Shown: in pieces, positions 30,229 to 38,587 of the stretch
How positions within the stretch are numbered: position 1 is the first letter of the stretch
How the letters are laid out: each line of letters begins with the position of its first letter
Assembly (NCBI GenBank): GCA_964617815.1
Contig: CAZTXY010000002.1
Coordinates: forward strand, 39,343 to 103,342
Direction of reading: 5' to 3'
Source: an uncultured Candidatus Saccharibacteria bacterium
GTDB taxonomy: Bacteria > Patescibacteriota > Doudnabacteria > UBA920
DNA: 64,000 bases
Position numbers and translations under genes: made by a program
Notes under the pieces: model-generated
Databases searched by the model: none
What the model was told of the DNA's origin: nothing
The model's input: only the letters and a program-made list of their open reading frames with translations

Positions 30229-30966
30229 CTACTGCTTAAACGGCTCAGCTGATTGCCAAGCTAGTTCGTATAATGTTTTAAGTGATGTAACTATCCCAGC
30301 GCTTTTAATAACTACAGCAAATAAATATGGGTTATAGGAAAAAAATGCGACGCTATCGTCAAACAAAGCATTGTCAGTTAAAAAATCCATATTGGCGGGA
30401 ATAAAACGGACTTCGTAATTATTAGTCTTCCCTATCCATTTAGCATGAGCTTTATCTTCTGGACTTTGAGTTACCAATTCCCGCATTTTTATTTTATTTT
30501 CTGTGGCTAACTGTTTAAATTGCTTTGGTACATCAGAAAAAATCTTATCTACATCTTTCAGAGTGCAAAAAAAAGCAATGTCTTTGGCCTTTAAAATTTT
30601 ATCATAGACTTGCCTGACACCCTCTTTTCCTTGAAATAACTGCACCTGCGGTTTTTCTTGTTTTTGATTATGGATTGCAAGCAACTCAGGCAGAGCCCGG
30701 ATAACAAGCTCCTGTTTTCTTCGTAGGTCATTTAATAAATTCTCAGGTGTCTGGGCTGTATATAAAGCTTTTTTTGATTGAGGGACTTCTCCCACTAAAC
30801 CTTTAGCCTGTAAATCATCTAATATTAAATAAGTAGTTGGTCTTTTAAGGCCTGCTTTGTGCGCAATAGACATCACACTAGCAGTTCCTAGCTCCAAAAC
30901 AGCTAAGTAAACACTAGCTTCTTTTTCATTAAGACCAATTTTCTCCAAAACCTCATTTATTTCCAT
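30229..30966 (-). CDS. TrmB-family transcriptional regulator
   Basis: LEKIGLNEKEASVYLAVLELG...IAHKAGLKRPTTYLILDDLQAKGLV wHTH; C-terminal effector domain ending LYELAW. Confidence 0.9.
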   Translation of the reverse strand: MEINEVLEKIGLNEKEASVYLAVLELGTASVMSIAHKAGLKRPTTYLILDDLQAKGLVGEVPQSKKALYTAQTPENLLNDLRRKQELVIRALPELLAIHNQKQEKPQVQLFQGKEGVRQVYDKILKAKDIAFFCTLKDVDKIFSDVPKQFKQLATENKIKMRELVTQSPEDKAHAKWIGKTNNYEVRFIPANMDFLTDNALFDDSVAFFSYNPYLFAVVIKSAGIVTSLKTLYELAWQSAEPFKQ

Positions 30967-30972
30967 ATTTTA

Positions 30973-31186
30973 AGTATATCTGATTATTACAATTTTGTCA
31001 ATATTTCTGACAACAAAACAAATCTTGTTGGTTTACTTAATAAATATAGGGGTATTTTGTAATTAAATTAGTCATTAGTATTGACTAATTGCAAATAATG
31101 TTGTATACTTATGAATCAAAAATAAAAACAGGGCCAGATTGATGGCCTACACCAAAAACTTCGAAAAGCCTTAAGGAGGCAAAATG
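30973..31186. promoter_or_regulatory. Divergent promoter/operator region, cassette 1
   Basis: Minus TTGACA(30996-31001)-17-TATACT(30973-30978); plus TTGACT(31081-31086)-17-TATACT(31104-31109); GTCA-N7-TGAC palindromes at 30995-31013 and 31066-31090; SD AAGGAGG. Confidence 0.8.
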
Positions 31187-31567
31187 GAAAGCAAGGCAAA
31201 CGGATACAACACGAAGACTGTGGTAAGCACCACTCTGACAGAGACGCTGTACATTACGGAATACTCCGCATTGTACGGAAATACCTTCCACATCCCGTTC
31301 CAACACAAAGCTGAAATTGTGACTGAAGAACTCAAGTGCAGAGATTCAGAGTTCACAATCACAATTTCTCGCTTAGTCGTCAACGGAGAAAGCTATATGA
31401 TCAACTTCCTCCGTCCTGGACTTGAGGGAAACGTGGTTGGAATCGGGATTGATAAAAATGGAACGCCTGCGATAGTCTACACGACTATCCGGACAAACCA
31501 AGGAGAGTCAGTCTCAACAGAAAAATTGACAGCGCGAAGCAGGGTAAGCTGGAGGTCTTCTTGCTGA
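31184..31567 (+). CDS. Orphan hypothetical protein (cassette 1 cargo)
   Basis: 127-aa ORF with consensus promoter, AAGGAGG SD and downstream terminator; no family recognised. Confidence 0.7.
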   Translation: MESKANGYNTKTVVSTTLTETLYITEYSALYGNTFHIPFQHKAEIVTEELKCRDSEFTITISRLVVNGESYMINFLRPGLEGNVVGIGIDKNGTPAIVYTTIRTNQGESVSTEKLTARSRVSWRSSC

Positions 31568-31590
31568 TAGTATGCCAGAACAATTGCTAT

Positions 31591-31628
31591 AAACGGTAAC
31601 ACCTAGTGTGTTACCGTTTCTTGTTTTT
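31591..31628. terminator. Intrinsic terminator between cargo and polA
   Basis: AAACGGTAACAC-CTAGT-GTGTTACCGTTT plus T-rich tail. Confidence 0.8.
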
Positions 31629-31636
31629 AGAAAATT

Positions 31637-34405
31637 TTATAGTTTTTCCATCTCGCCCCAGTTGTCCCCTAACTTGGCTTCAACGGTTACCGGCACAGAA
31701 AGTTTAATCGCTTCTTCCATGAGTGGTTTGATTTTTTTTACCCATTTCTCTGCTTCATCTTTGCGAACCTCAAATACAAGTTCATCATGCACCTGCAATA
31801 GCATTTGGATTTCTTCGTTATGCTCGCCAATTTCTTTATCAATGTTGAGCATAGCAACTTTGATAACGTCGGCAGCTAAACTTTGAATAGGGAAATTCAC
31901 CGCCGCACGTTCTGCAGCCTGACGGATAAAGTACTGGCTGGATTTTATTTCCGGAAAGCGGCGAATGCGGCCAAGCTCGTTTTTGACATAGCCATTTTTA
32001 TTGACTTCTTCTTTAACACTGGCGACATAATCTTTAACGCCAGGATAGGCCGCAAAATATTTATCAATAAAATCTTTAGCGTCGCTCCAGGCCACTTCTC
32101 CAATACGACTAGACAATCCAAAACTCGACAGTCCGTAGAGTATTCCGAAGTTGACAGTCTTGGCATCTCTGCGCATGTCCGGCGTGACTTCTTTTTCTGG
32201 CACACCAAAAATTTCTACGGCTGTGTTAGTGTGAATGTCTTCGTGATTATTAAAAATCTTTTTCATGCTCTTGTCATCCGCTAAATGCGCTGCAACACGA
32301 AGTTCAATTTGAGAATAATCCAGCGACAAGAGTTTGTAGCCTGACTTTGCCACAAAAGCTTTGCGCACCTCACTACCTAAGCCTGTGCCGCGAATTGGGA
32401 TGTTCTGTAAGTTTGGATCTGTACTCGAAAGCCGGCCGGTTGCAGCAATGGTCTGGTTGTAACTAGTGTGAATTCGGCCAGTCTTTTTGTTAATCAGCTC
32501 AGGCAAAGCCAACAAATATGTAGACTGAAGCTTAGAAACTTCACGGTACTGCAAAATTTTTGGAATAATATCGTGCTGACCAACCATTTTTTCCAACTCC
32601 CCTGCAGCTGTAGATAACCCCGTTTTAGTTTTTTTATTAGTCACAGAAACCAAACCCATGTCTTCAAACAAAATCTCTTTCATTTGTTTTGGCGAAGCTA
32701 TATTAAACTCTTTGCCGGCCAATTTGTAAATCTCTTTTTCCAAAATGCCAATCTGCTTTTCGGCTTTTTTCGAAAGATCTCCAAGCAGCTTGCCATCCAC
32801 CTCAATACCAGCCCGTTCCATCCTTGCAAGCACTTTAATCAAGGACATTTCAATATCGAAAAAGACTTTATCTAAATTCTCTTTTTCAAGCTGGGGCGCA
32901 TACAACTCTTTAAGGCGTAAGCTTATATCCACATCCTCGCATGCATACCAACTAACTTTTGCAGGCGAAACCAGGTCCATAGTAATTTGGGTTTTGCCTT
33001 TGCCAATCAAATCTTCAATTGGCTGCATGCTGTAGCCAAACTCGTTGAAAGCCAAAGCTGTAAGTCCATGTTGGCGTGTGCCGGCATTAAGGAGGTACGA
33101 AGCTATCATAGTATCAAACCAAACATTACCAAGCTCAATCCCCGCATTCTGCAAAACTAAATAGTCATACTTAATATTATGGCCAATTTTTTTTACGTCA
33201 TCGGATTGCAAAAACTTTTTTAACTCAACGCTTTCAGAAACAAGCTGAGCCGGAATATAGTACGCCTCCCCGGTTTGAGCGGACAACGAAATACCAACAA
33301 GCTTTGCATCAATAACACTTAAGCTGGTAGTCTCGGTATCCAAAGCCAATTCTTTATAGCTGTCTAGCTTTCCCATCACAACAGCTAATTTTTCCGCTGT
33401 GTCTATAAACTCATACTTCTGTTTAAAATTCGGATCAACTTTTGTTTCTACAACTTCTTCTGCCTCTCCGCTTGATTCTTGATTCTTGCTACTTGATTCC
33501 TTGCTCGTCTTCGGCAATTTACTCACTAAACTATTAAACTCCAACTCCTTGAACAAAGGCATAATAGCTGTTTGCTCTTTAGCCCCAAATTCATAAGTAG
33601 GGATGTCGATATCCAGTGGTACATTGCAGACAATTTCAGAGAGATGGTAAGACTGCCGTGCCTGATCTTCTTGATCTATCAGCAACTGCAAAATTCGTGG
33701 CTTTATTTTGTCTTCTGTCTTATCGGCTTTAATGGCTTTGTATAAATCATCAATACTGCCAAAGTCAGCAATCAGTTGCATGGCGCCTTTTTCACCAATG
33801 CCGGCCACACCCTTGATGTTGTCCGAAGGATCGCCACGCAACGCCTTGTAGCTGATCATCTGCTTTGGAGTTAGGCCGTAGCGCTCTTTAATCGCAGCTT
33901 CATCGTAGATTGCAGTGTCATTCAAACCTTTTCGCAGTGTATAAATTTTCACGCACTCACTTACCAATTGCAAAGCATCCAAGTCGCCTGTAACAATCAT
34001 AACGTCACAGCCTTTTTGTTCTTTACAAATATGAGTGGCCAGAGTTCCCAGCACGTCGTCTGCTTCAAAACCTTGAATTTCAAAAATAGGAATATTTAGA
34101 CCACGCACCACTTCTTTAACACGTGGAAACTGGTCGTACAGTTCTTGGGCAGCTTTGACACGAGTGCCTTTATACTCGGCGTATTCTTCGTGACGAAAAG
34201 TTGGGCCGGCAAGGTCAAAACTGCAGGCAATGTGGGTAGGCTTAAGCTCTTTAATCGCCCGAAGCAAAATCATAGTAAAACCATAGACCGCGTTGGTCTG
34301 CTCCCCGCCTTTGGTGGTCAAAAAGGGAATGGCATGAAAACCGCGGTGAACCAAGGCATTCCCATCTATTAACATGTATCTGGAGGTATTTGTCTTTTTA
34401 GGCAT
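31637..34405 (-). CDS. polA: DNA polymerase I
   Basis: 5'-3' exo LIDGNAL/EADD/GDPSDN, 3'-5' exo ALDTET/HNIKYD, polymerase DYSQIELR, RDAKTVNFGILYG, QVHDEL. Confidence 0.98.
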   Translation of the reverse strand: MPKKTNTSRYMLIDGNALVHRGFHAIPFLTTKGGEQTNAVYGFTMILLRAIKELKPTHIACSFDLAGPTFRHEEYAEYKGTRVKAAQELYDQFPRVKEVVRGLNIPIFEIQGFEADDVLGTLATHICKEQKGCDVMIVTGDLDALQLVSECVKIYTLRKGLNDTAIYDEAAIKERYGLTPKQMISYKALRGDPSDNIKGVAGIGEKGAMQLIADFGSIDDLYKAIKADKTEDKIKPRILQLLIDQEDQARQSYHLSEIVCNVPLDIDIPTYEFGAKEQTAIMPLFKELEFNSLVSKLPKTSKESSSKNQESSGEAEEVVETKVDPNFKQKYEFIDTAEKLAVVMGKLDSYKELALDTETTSLSVIDAKLVGISLSAQTGEAYYIPAQLVSESVELKKFLQSDDVKKIGHNIKYDYLVLQNAGIELGNVWFDTMIASYLLNAGTRQHGLTALAFNEFGYSMQPIEDLIGKGKTQITMDLVSPAKVSWYACEDVDISLRLKELYAPQLEKENLDKVFFDIEMSLIKVLARMERAGIEVDGKLLGDLSKKAEKQIGILEKEIYKLAGKEFNIASPKQMKEILFEDMGLVSVTNKKTKTGLSTAAGELEKMVGQHDIIPKILQYREVSKLQSTYLLALPELINKKTGRIHTSYNQTIAATGRLSSTDPNLQNIPIRGTGLGSEVRKAFVAKSGYKLLSLDYSQIELRVAAHLADDKSMKKIFNNHEDIHTNTAVEIFGVPEKEVTPDMRRDAKTVNFGILYGLSSFGLSSRIGEVAWSDAKDFIDKYFAAYPGVKDYVASVKEEVNKNGYVKNELGRIRRFPEIKSSQYFIRQAAERAAVNFPIQSLAADVIKVAMLNIDKEIGEHNEEIQMLLQVHDELVFEVRKDEAEKWVKKIKPLMEEAIKLSVPVTVEAKLGDNWGEMEKL

Positions 34406-34502
34406 AAGGGTATTGTACCCCGATTTCCCATCCCTTCAAAACCAAAAAGCCTCTTTCTGCCAAATGAGTTTTTTATCATGGCTCTTATAGCCAATATGCA
34501 AA

Positions 34503-36263
34503 TTATAGAGCTATAAATTCTGTTGTTTGCCTTTGCCAGAGTGAATTATAGCGGCCATTTAAGTTCAATAGTTCTTCATGCGTTCCTGCTTCAACAATTT
34601 TGCCTTCATGCATAACAATTATGCGATCGAGTCCTGCTACAGTACTAAGACGGTGAGCCACAACAATGGCAGTTTGTTTTCCAATAATCTCAGGCATTGC
34701 TCGCTGTATAATCTGCTCACTCTCGCTGTCCAATGCGCTTGTTGCCTCATCAAAAATCATGATAGGTGCTTTTTTGAGTACGGCACGGGCAATTGCTACG
34801 CGTTGCTTTTGACCGCCACTCAGTTTAATTCCTCTTTCTCCGACAATTGTATCATATCCATCAGGCAATTTTTCTATAAACTCATGTGCATGAGCTGCTT
34901 TGGCAGCAAGAATAATTTCAGACTCACCAGCGTCTGGATTATAGTAATTAATATTTTCTCTAATAGTTGTATGAAAAAGTAAAGGTTCTTGAGGGACATA
35001 TGCGATTTGCTGCCTTAACTCACTTTGTTTTACTTTTCGTATATCAATACCTTCTATTTTAATTGAACCACTATTAACTTCATCAAAACGAAGCAATAAA
35101 TTAGCAAGCGTACTTTTCCCTGCTCCACTTAATCCAACGACACCGACTTGTTCTCCTCCCTCAACTTTAATATTCAGATCAGTGAAAACTGGAATGCTTG
35201 TTCCCTTATCTGAACGTGATGAATAACTAAAACTAACATGCTCAACGCTGATTTCTGCTTTGGTAATCTTTAGCTTTTGGGGTTTAGCTGAATCGCGTAT
35301 CTCCTCATGGTCATTACCTAAATATTTTAATGTAGGATATACCTTAGTTATTAAATCATCGTGTTGTGTTATAAGTTCCGGTAACTCCCCAACATTTCTG
35401 ACTATCTGAAACATATACGTAATAGTTAGGAGGATTAAGCCTAAAGATTCAGGATTTAGTCCATCATCCCTAGAAACAATCAAGTATACGGCCAGCGAAA
35501 TGCCAAAGGCTGTAATTATATTTCGAGGCAAATCCAGCAATGTAGTGAGCCTACGGCGCAACTGATAGGCTGTATTTTCTGCTTTCCCTAGAGTGGCAAC
35601 TTTACTTCGAGCGCGATCCTCAAACCCACCAGCCTTGAAAGCAACAATATTGGTTATCTCATCCGACACTTCTGCTGTAGCTTTCCTATATGCCTCATGA
35701 GACATATCTCTATATTTATTAGCCTTAGATGAAGCCCACATCATATAAAGAAACTGAACCAAAACGATGCCTATGGAGATTAAACCAATTTTTTGATCTG
35801 CAAAAAATAAAATTATAGGGGGGACAAGTAACGAGATAAAAGTCCCTAGTGCTTCACCTCGCACAAAGCGAAGTAATAAGATTAAGCCATCGAGATATTG
35901 CCGAAAAGCGCTAACAAGGTATCCTGTTTGATTATCACGATAGAAGGAGAGGTCTTTACCAATTAATTTTTGATAAAAAGCAACCATCATCTTGCCATAC
36001 TGCTTATTTTCGGTATAAGTAGAAAGTATTTCTCCAAAAGTACTTACCACAGAGCCAAAGATATACGCCAAGAAAAAGTAGAGCGTATACATTTTTGCTC
36101 CATCAACATCACCTGATGCGATTTTAGTAGTAATCTGCGCCATAATAATAACGATGTAAACCCTTATTATTAGAACGCGAATAATTACAGCGACAAAACC
36201 AATCCACTGCCCAAGATTACGGCCATAGGTTTTTATTATATGTTTATAAACTTCTATATTCAT
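34503..36263 (-). CDS. ABC exporter, fused permease/ATPase (ABCB/MsbA-like fold)
   Basis: N-terminal TM domain; GLSGAGKST, LSGGQKQR, FDEATSALD, VAHRLST. Confidence 0.93.
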   Translation of the reverse strand: MNIEVYKHIIKTYGRNLGQWIGFVAVIIRVLIIRVYIVIIMAQITTKIASGDVDGAKMYTLYFFLAYIFGSVVSTFGEILSTYTENKQYGKMMVAFYQKLIGKDLSFYRDNQTGYLVSAFRQYLDGLILLLRFVRGEALGTFISLLVPPIILFFADQKIGLISIGIVLVQFLYMMWASSKANKYRDMSHEAYRKATAEVSDEITNIVAFKAGGFEDRARSKVATLGKAENTAYQLRRRLTTLLDLPRNIITAFGISLAVYLIVSRDDGLNPESLGLILLTITYMFQIVRNVGELPELITQHDDLITKVYPTLKYLGNDHEEIRDSAKPQKLKITKAEISVEHVSFSYSSRSDKGTSIPVFTDLNIKVEGGEQVGVVGLSGAGKSTLANLLLRFDEVNSGSIKIEGIDIRKVKQSELRQQIAYVPQEPLLFHTTIRENINYYNPDAGESEIILAAKAAHAHEFIEKLPDGYDTIVGERGIKLSGGQKQRVAIARAVLKKAPIMIFDEATSALDSESEQIIQRAMPEIIGKQTAIVVAHRLSTVAGLDRIIVMHEGKIVEAGTHEELLNLNGRYNSLWQRQTTEFIAL

Positions 36264-36400
36264 GAGACAATAGTTTTCTCAATTATAGCTGTTTATAGTT
36301 AGGCTGGGAAATAATATGCATCGGAAAGCTAAGGTCAGATTTTTTAGTTTTTTATTATTATTTGATCTGCCAATAACTAAAAACCGAGCAAGCTCGGTTT

Positions 36401-37105
36401 TTAGTTATTATCTTCTGAATTGTGGTCTTCTGCTTGGGTGTCATCGGGACGGTCACTTTCGCGGGAACGTTCAGTATTCTCGCTACGGTCGCGATCACGC
36501 TCACCTGAGGAATTATCAAGGCGAGTTCTTAAGTTGTCTATAATCTTTTCCACTCGTTCTTTTTTTTGCTCATCCCCTTTTTCTCGAATTTTCTCTCGGT
36601 TTTTCTCTAAAAATTCCAAAGCCTTTTCTGCATTTTGCTTAGTTTCAACTTTCTTTTGCTCACTCTTAGTCTTTTTAGTCTCGCTTGAATTATCCTCTGG
36701 CTTTGTTGTTTGAGGAACAATGGAAACAGGTGTTTGAGTATCTTCCAATTCCCGAAGACGCTTTTCAGCAAAATTTACTTGTAAGTTTAATTTAGCTTCT
36801 GGGGTTGGAGCAAAGCGCACGCGAACAATTTCGACTTGACGCTTCACAGAATATAATAAATCGCCCGGTACTGTATTTGCAGATGCGACTGTGGTGCTAA
36901 AAATTATCACTACTAAAAGCACGGGTGTAAGCACGTAGGCCTTAAATGAAAAGTGTTTAACACTCACCCAAAAAGATATCTTCTCTTCCGGTTGTGGTTC
37001 TCCAAGGCGGCTAAAGATTTTGTCTTTGGCCCTCGCCTTAGCCTCACTGGAAAAAGAAATCTGTTCTTGATTATCTTTATAAAATTGTTTTAGCTTCTCG
37101 TTCAT
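36401..37105 (-). CDS. Probable anti-sigma factor (DUF5667-like)
   Basis: Overlaps ECF sigma stop; single TM; VPGDLLYSVKR...FAEKRLREL motif. Confidence 0.75.
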   Translation of the reverse strand: MNEKLKQFYKDNQEQISFSSEAKARAKDKIFSRLGEPQPEEKISFWVSVKHFSFKAYVLTPVLLVVIIFSTTVASANTVPGDLLYSVKRQVEIVRVRFAPTPEAKLNLQVNFAEKRLRELEDTQTPVSIVPQTTKPEDNSSETKKTKSEQKKVETKQNAEKALEFLEKNREKIREKGDEQKKERVEKIIDNLRTRLDNSSGERDRDRSENTERSRESDRPDDTQAEDHNSEDNN

Positions 37106-37646
37106 GTTGTTTGTAAATTGTTTCTAATTTTTTAGTAGCCCGATGCTGTAAGACGCGAACCGCTAAGTTAGTCTTACCCATAATCTTGGCTGTCTCTTCT
37201 ACTGTAAAGTCCTGAAAAAATCTGAGCTCAATGACTTGTCGATAACTTTCTGAAAGTTCATGCAGTGCGGTTTTAATTTCCTTGGAGTCAAACTTATGCT
37301 GAATACTGGCCTGTGTGTCATCATTATTTGCAACATCAATTGCAGGATCCAGCGAAACTGTTTGCGGCCGGCGGTAAATTTTTCTGTAATGGTCATTAAC
37401 AGTGTTGCTGGCAACTTTATAAACCCAGGCAGTGAAGTTTAATTCTTCTGTGTCCAAAGTCTTGCAACCATGCCAGACTTTCACAAATACGTCTTGGAGA
37501 ATATCTTCGGCTTCTTCGTTTGAGGCGACCTTAACACGAATGTATCTATAAATACGTTCTGCAAAGTCGTCGTATAAAGCCGAAAAAGCTTCCTGATCGC
37601 CCTGTTTGATTCTGGCCACTAGCTCACCAGTAGTTTGAGTGTCCAT
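37077..37646 (-). CDS. ECF-family RNA polymerase sigma factor
   Basis: GDQEAFSALY, AEDILQDVF, FTAWVYKVASN, region 4 YRQVIELRFF...ETAKIMGK. Confidence 0.95.
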   Translation of the reverse strand: MDTQTTGELVARIKQGDQEAFSALYDDFAERIYRYIRVKVASNEEAEDILQDVFVKVWHGCKTLDTEELNFTAWVYKVASNTVNDHYRKIYRRPQTVSLDPAIDVANNDDTQASIQHKFDSKEIKTALHELSESYRQVIELRFFQDFTVEETAKIMGKTNLAVRVLQHRATKKLETIYKQHEREAKTIL

Positions 37647-37665
37647 ACTGCTTTACATTAATATA

Positions 37666-37773
37666 ACGTAGGTTCCTCTAAAAAGTTACCTATGTAGTAT
37701 AACATTTTAAAGACAGCTAAAAATGCCTTAAATAAAGGATATTTTATATGTAACCCACAGCTTTTCTGTGCGA
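37666..37773. promoter_or_regulatory. Two divergent ECF-type promoters
   Basis: Minus GTAAC(37685-37689)-N16-CGT(37666-37668); plus GTAAC(37750-37754)-N16-CGA(37771-37773). Confidence 0.6.
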
Positions 37774-37849
37774 TATATATGCGTAGGGGGTAAAGACAAA
37801 ATTAAAGTGAGTCTCAAAATGTTCATGAGACTACACAAGGAAGGATAAT

Positions 37850-38530
37850 ATGAGTTATAACAAAAAGTTTACAAGATTTATTGCCATTGCTGCAATCGCA
37901 ACTATTGCAATTCCAGGGCTAGCTTTTGCCCATAACGACGACGATAAAGGCAAAAAGGAAGATAGGCAAGAACGACAGGAACATCGTAATGATAAGCGCG
38001 GAGAACAAACTAATGAATTTGGCGTTCGCGTCTTTGAAGACAATGGCCTGCATTTAGGAGTTTCTGGATTATTCTACAGAGGTACAGTGACTGCCGTCTC
38101 CACCACAGGCTTCACATTAAAGACCAAAGATAATGCATCTTTAACTGTTGATGCGAGTTCTGCAAAAATTATTAGAATGCCACGTACCGCCATACTGCTC
38201 TCTGACCTCAAAGTAAACGACAGTGTTTGGATTACTGGCACAAAAGTAAACGGGGGCATTACTGCAAGCGTAGTCTATGCCATGGCTGAAAATATTAAAC
38301 CAGCCAAAGCTAAGGGTACAGTCACAGCAGTTTCGGGCAACACCGTAACACTGCAAACCAAAAATGATAAAACTGTTACCATAACTACTACTCCAGATAC
38401 TAACATCGTAAAAGCTGATGGCACAGTTGGAGCTAGTACAGATATTTTAGTTGGCTCTAAATTAAAGATCTGGGGCTTATGGGATAAGCTTACAAATATC
38501 CTCTCTGCCTTAAGAGTTAAAATTAAATAA
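37850..38530 (+). CDS. Secreted protein with two OB-like DUF5666-type repeats
   Basis: Signal peptide ending AFA; repeated GTVTAVS...TL.TK...L.V units. Confidence 0.8.
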   Translation: MSYNKKFTRFIAIAAIATIAIPGLAFAHNDDDKGKKEDRQERQEHRNDKRGEQTNEFGVRVFEDNGLHLGVSGLFYRGTVTAVSTTGFTLKTKDNASLTVDASSAKIIRMPRTAILLSDLKVNDSVWITGTKVNGGITASVVYAMAENIKPAKAKGTVTAVSGNTVTLQTKNDKTVTITTTPDTNIVKADGTVGASTDILVGSKLKIWGLWDKLTNILSALRVKIK

Positions 38531-38540
38531 TTACAATTTT

Positions 38541-38574
38541 AAAACTCCCTCTAGCATCTGCTAGAGGGAGTTTT
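38541..38574. terminator. Bidirectional intrinsic terminator
   Basis: AAAACTCCCTCTAGC-ATCT-GCTAGAGGGAGTTTT. Confidence 0.85.
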
Positions 38575-38587
38575 ATTTTTGTAAAAA

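Noticed and set aside
28517-31628. Possible prophage or integrative element
   Set aside because: No integrase, transposase, phage structural gene or flanking direct repeats seen
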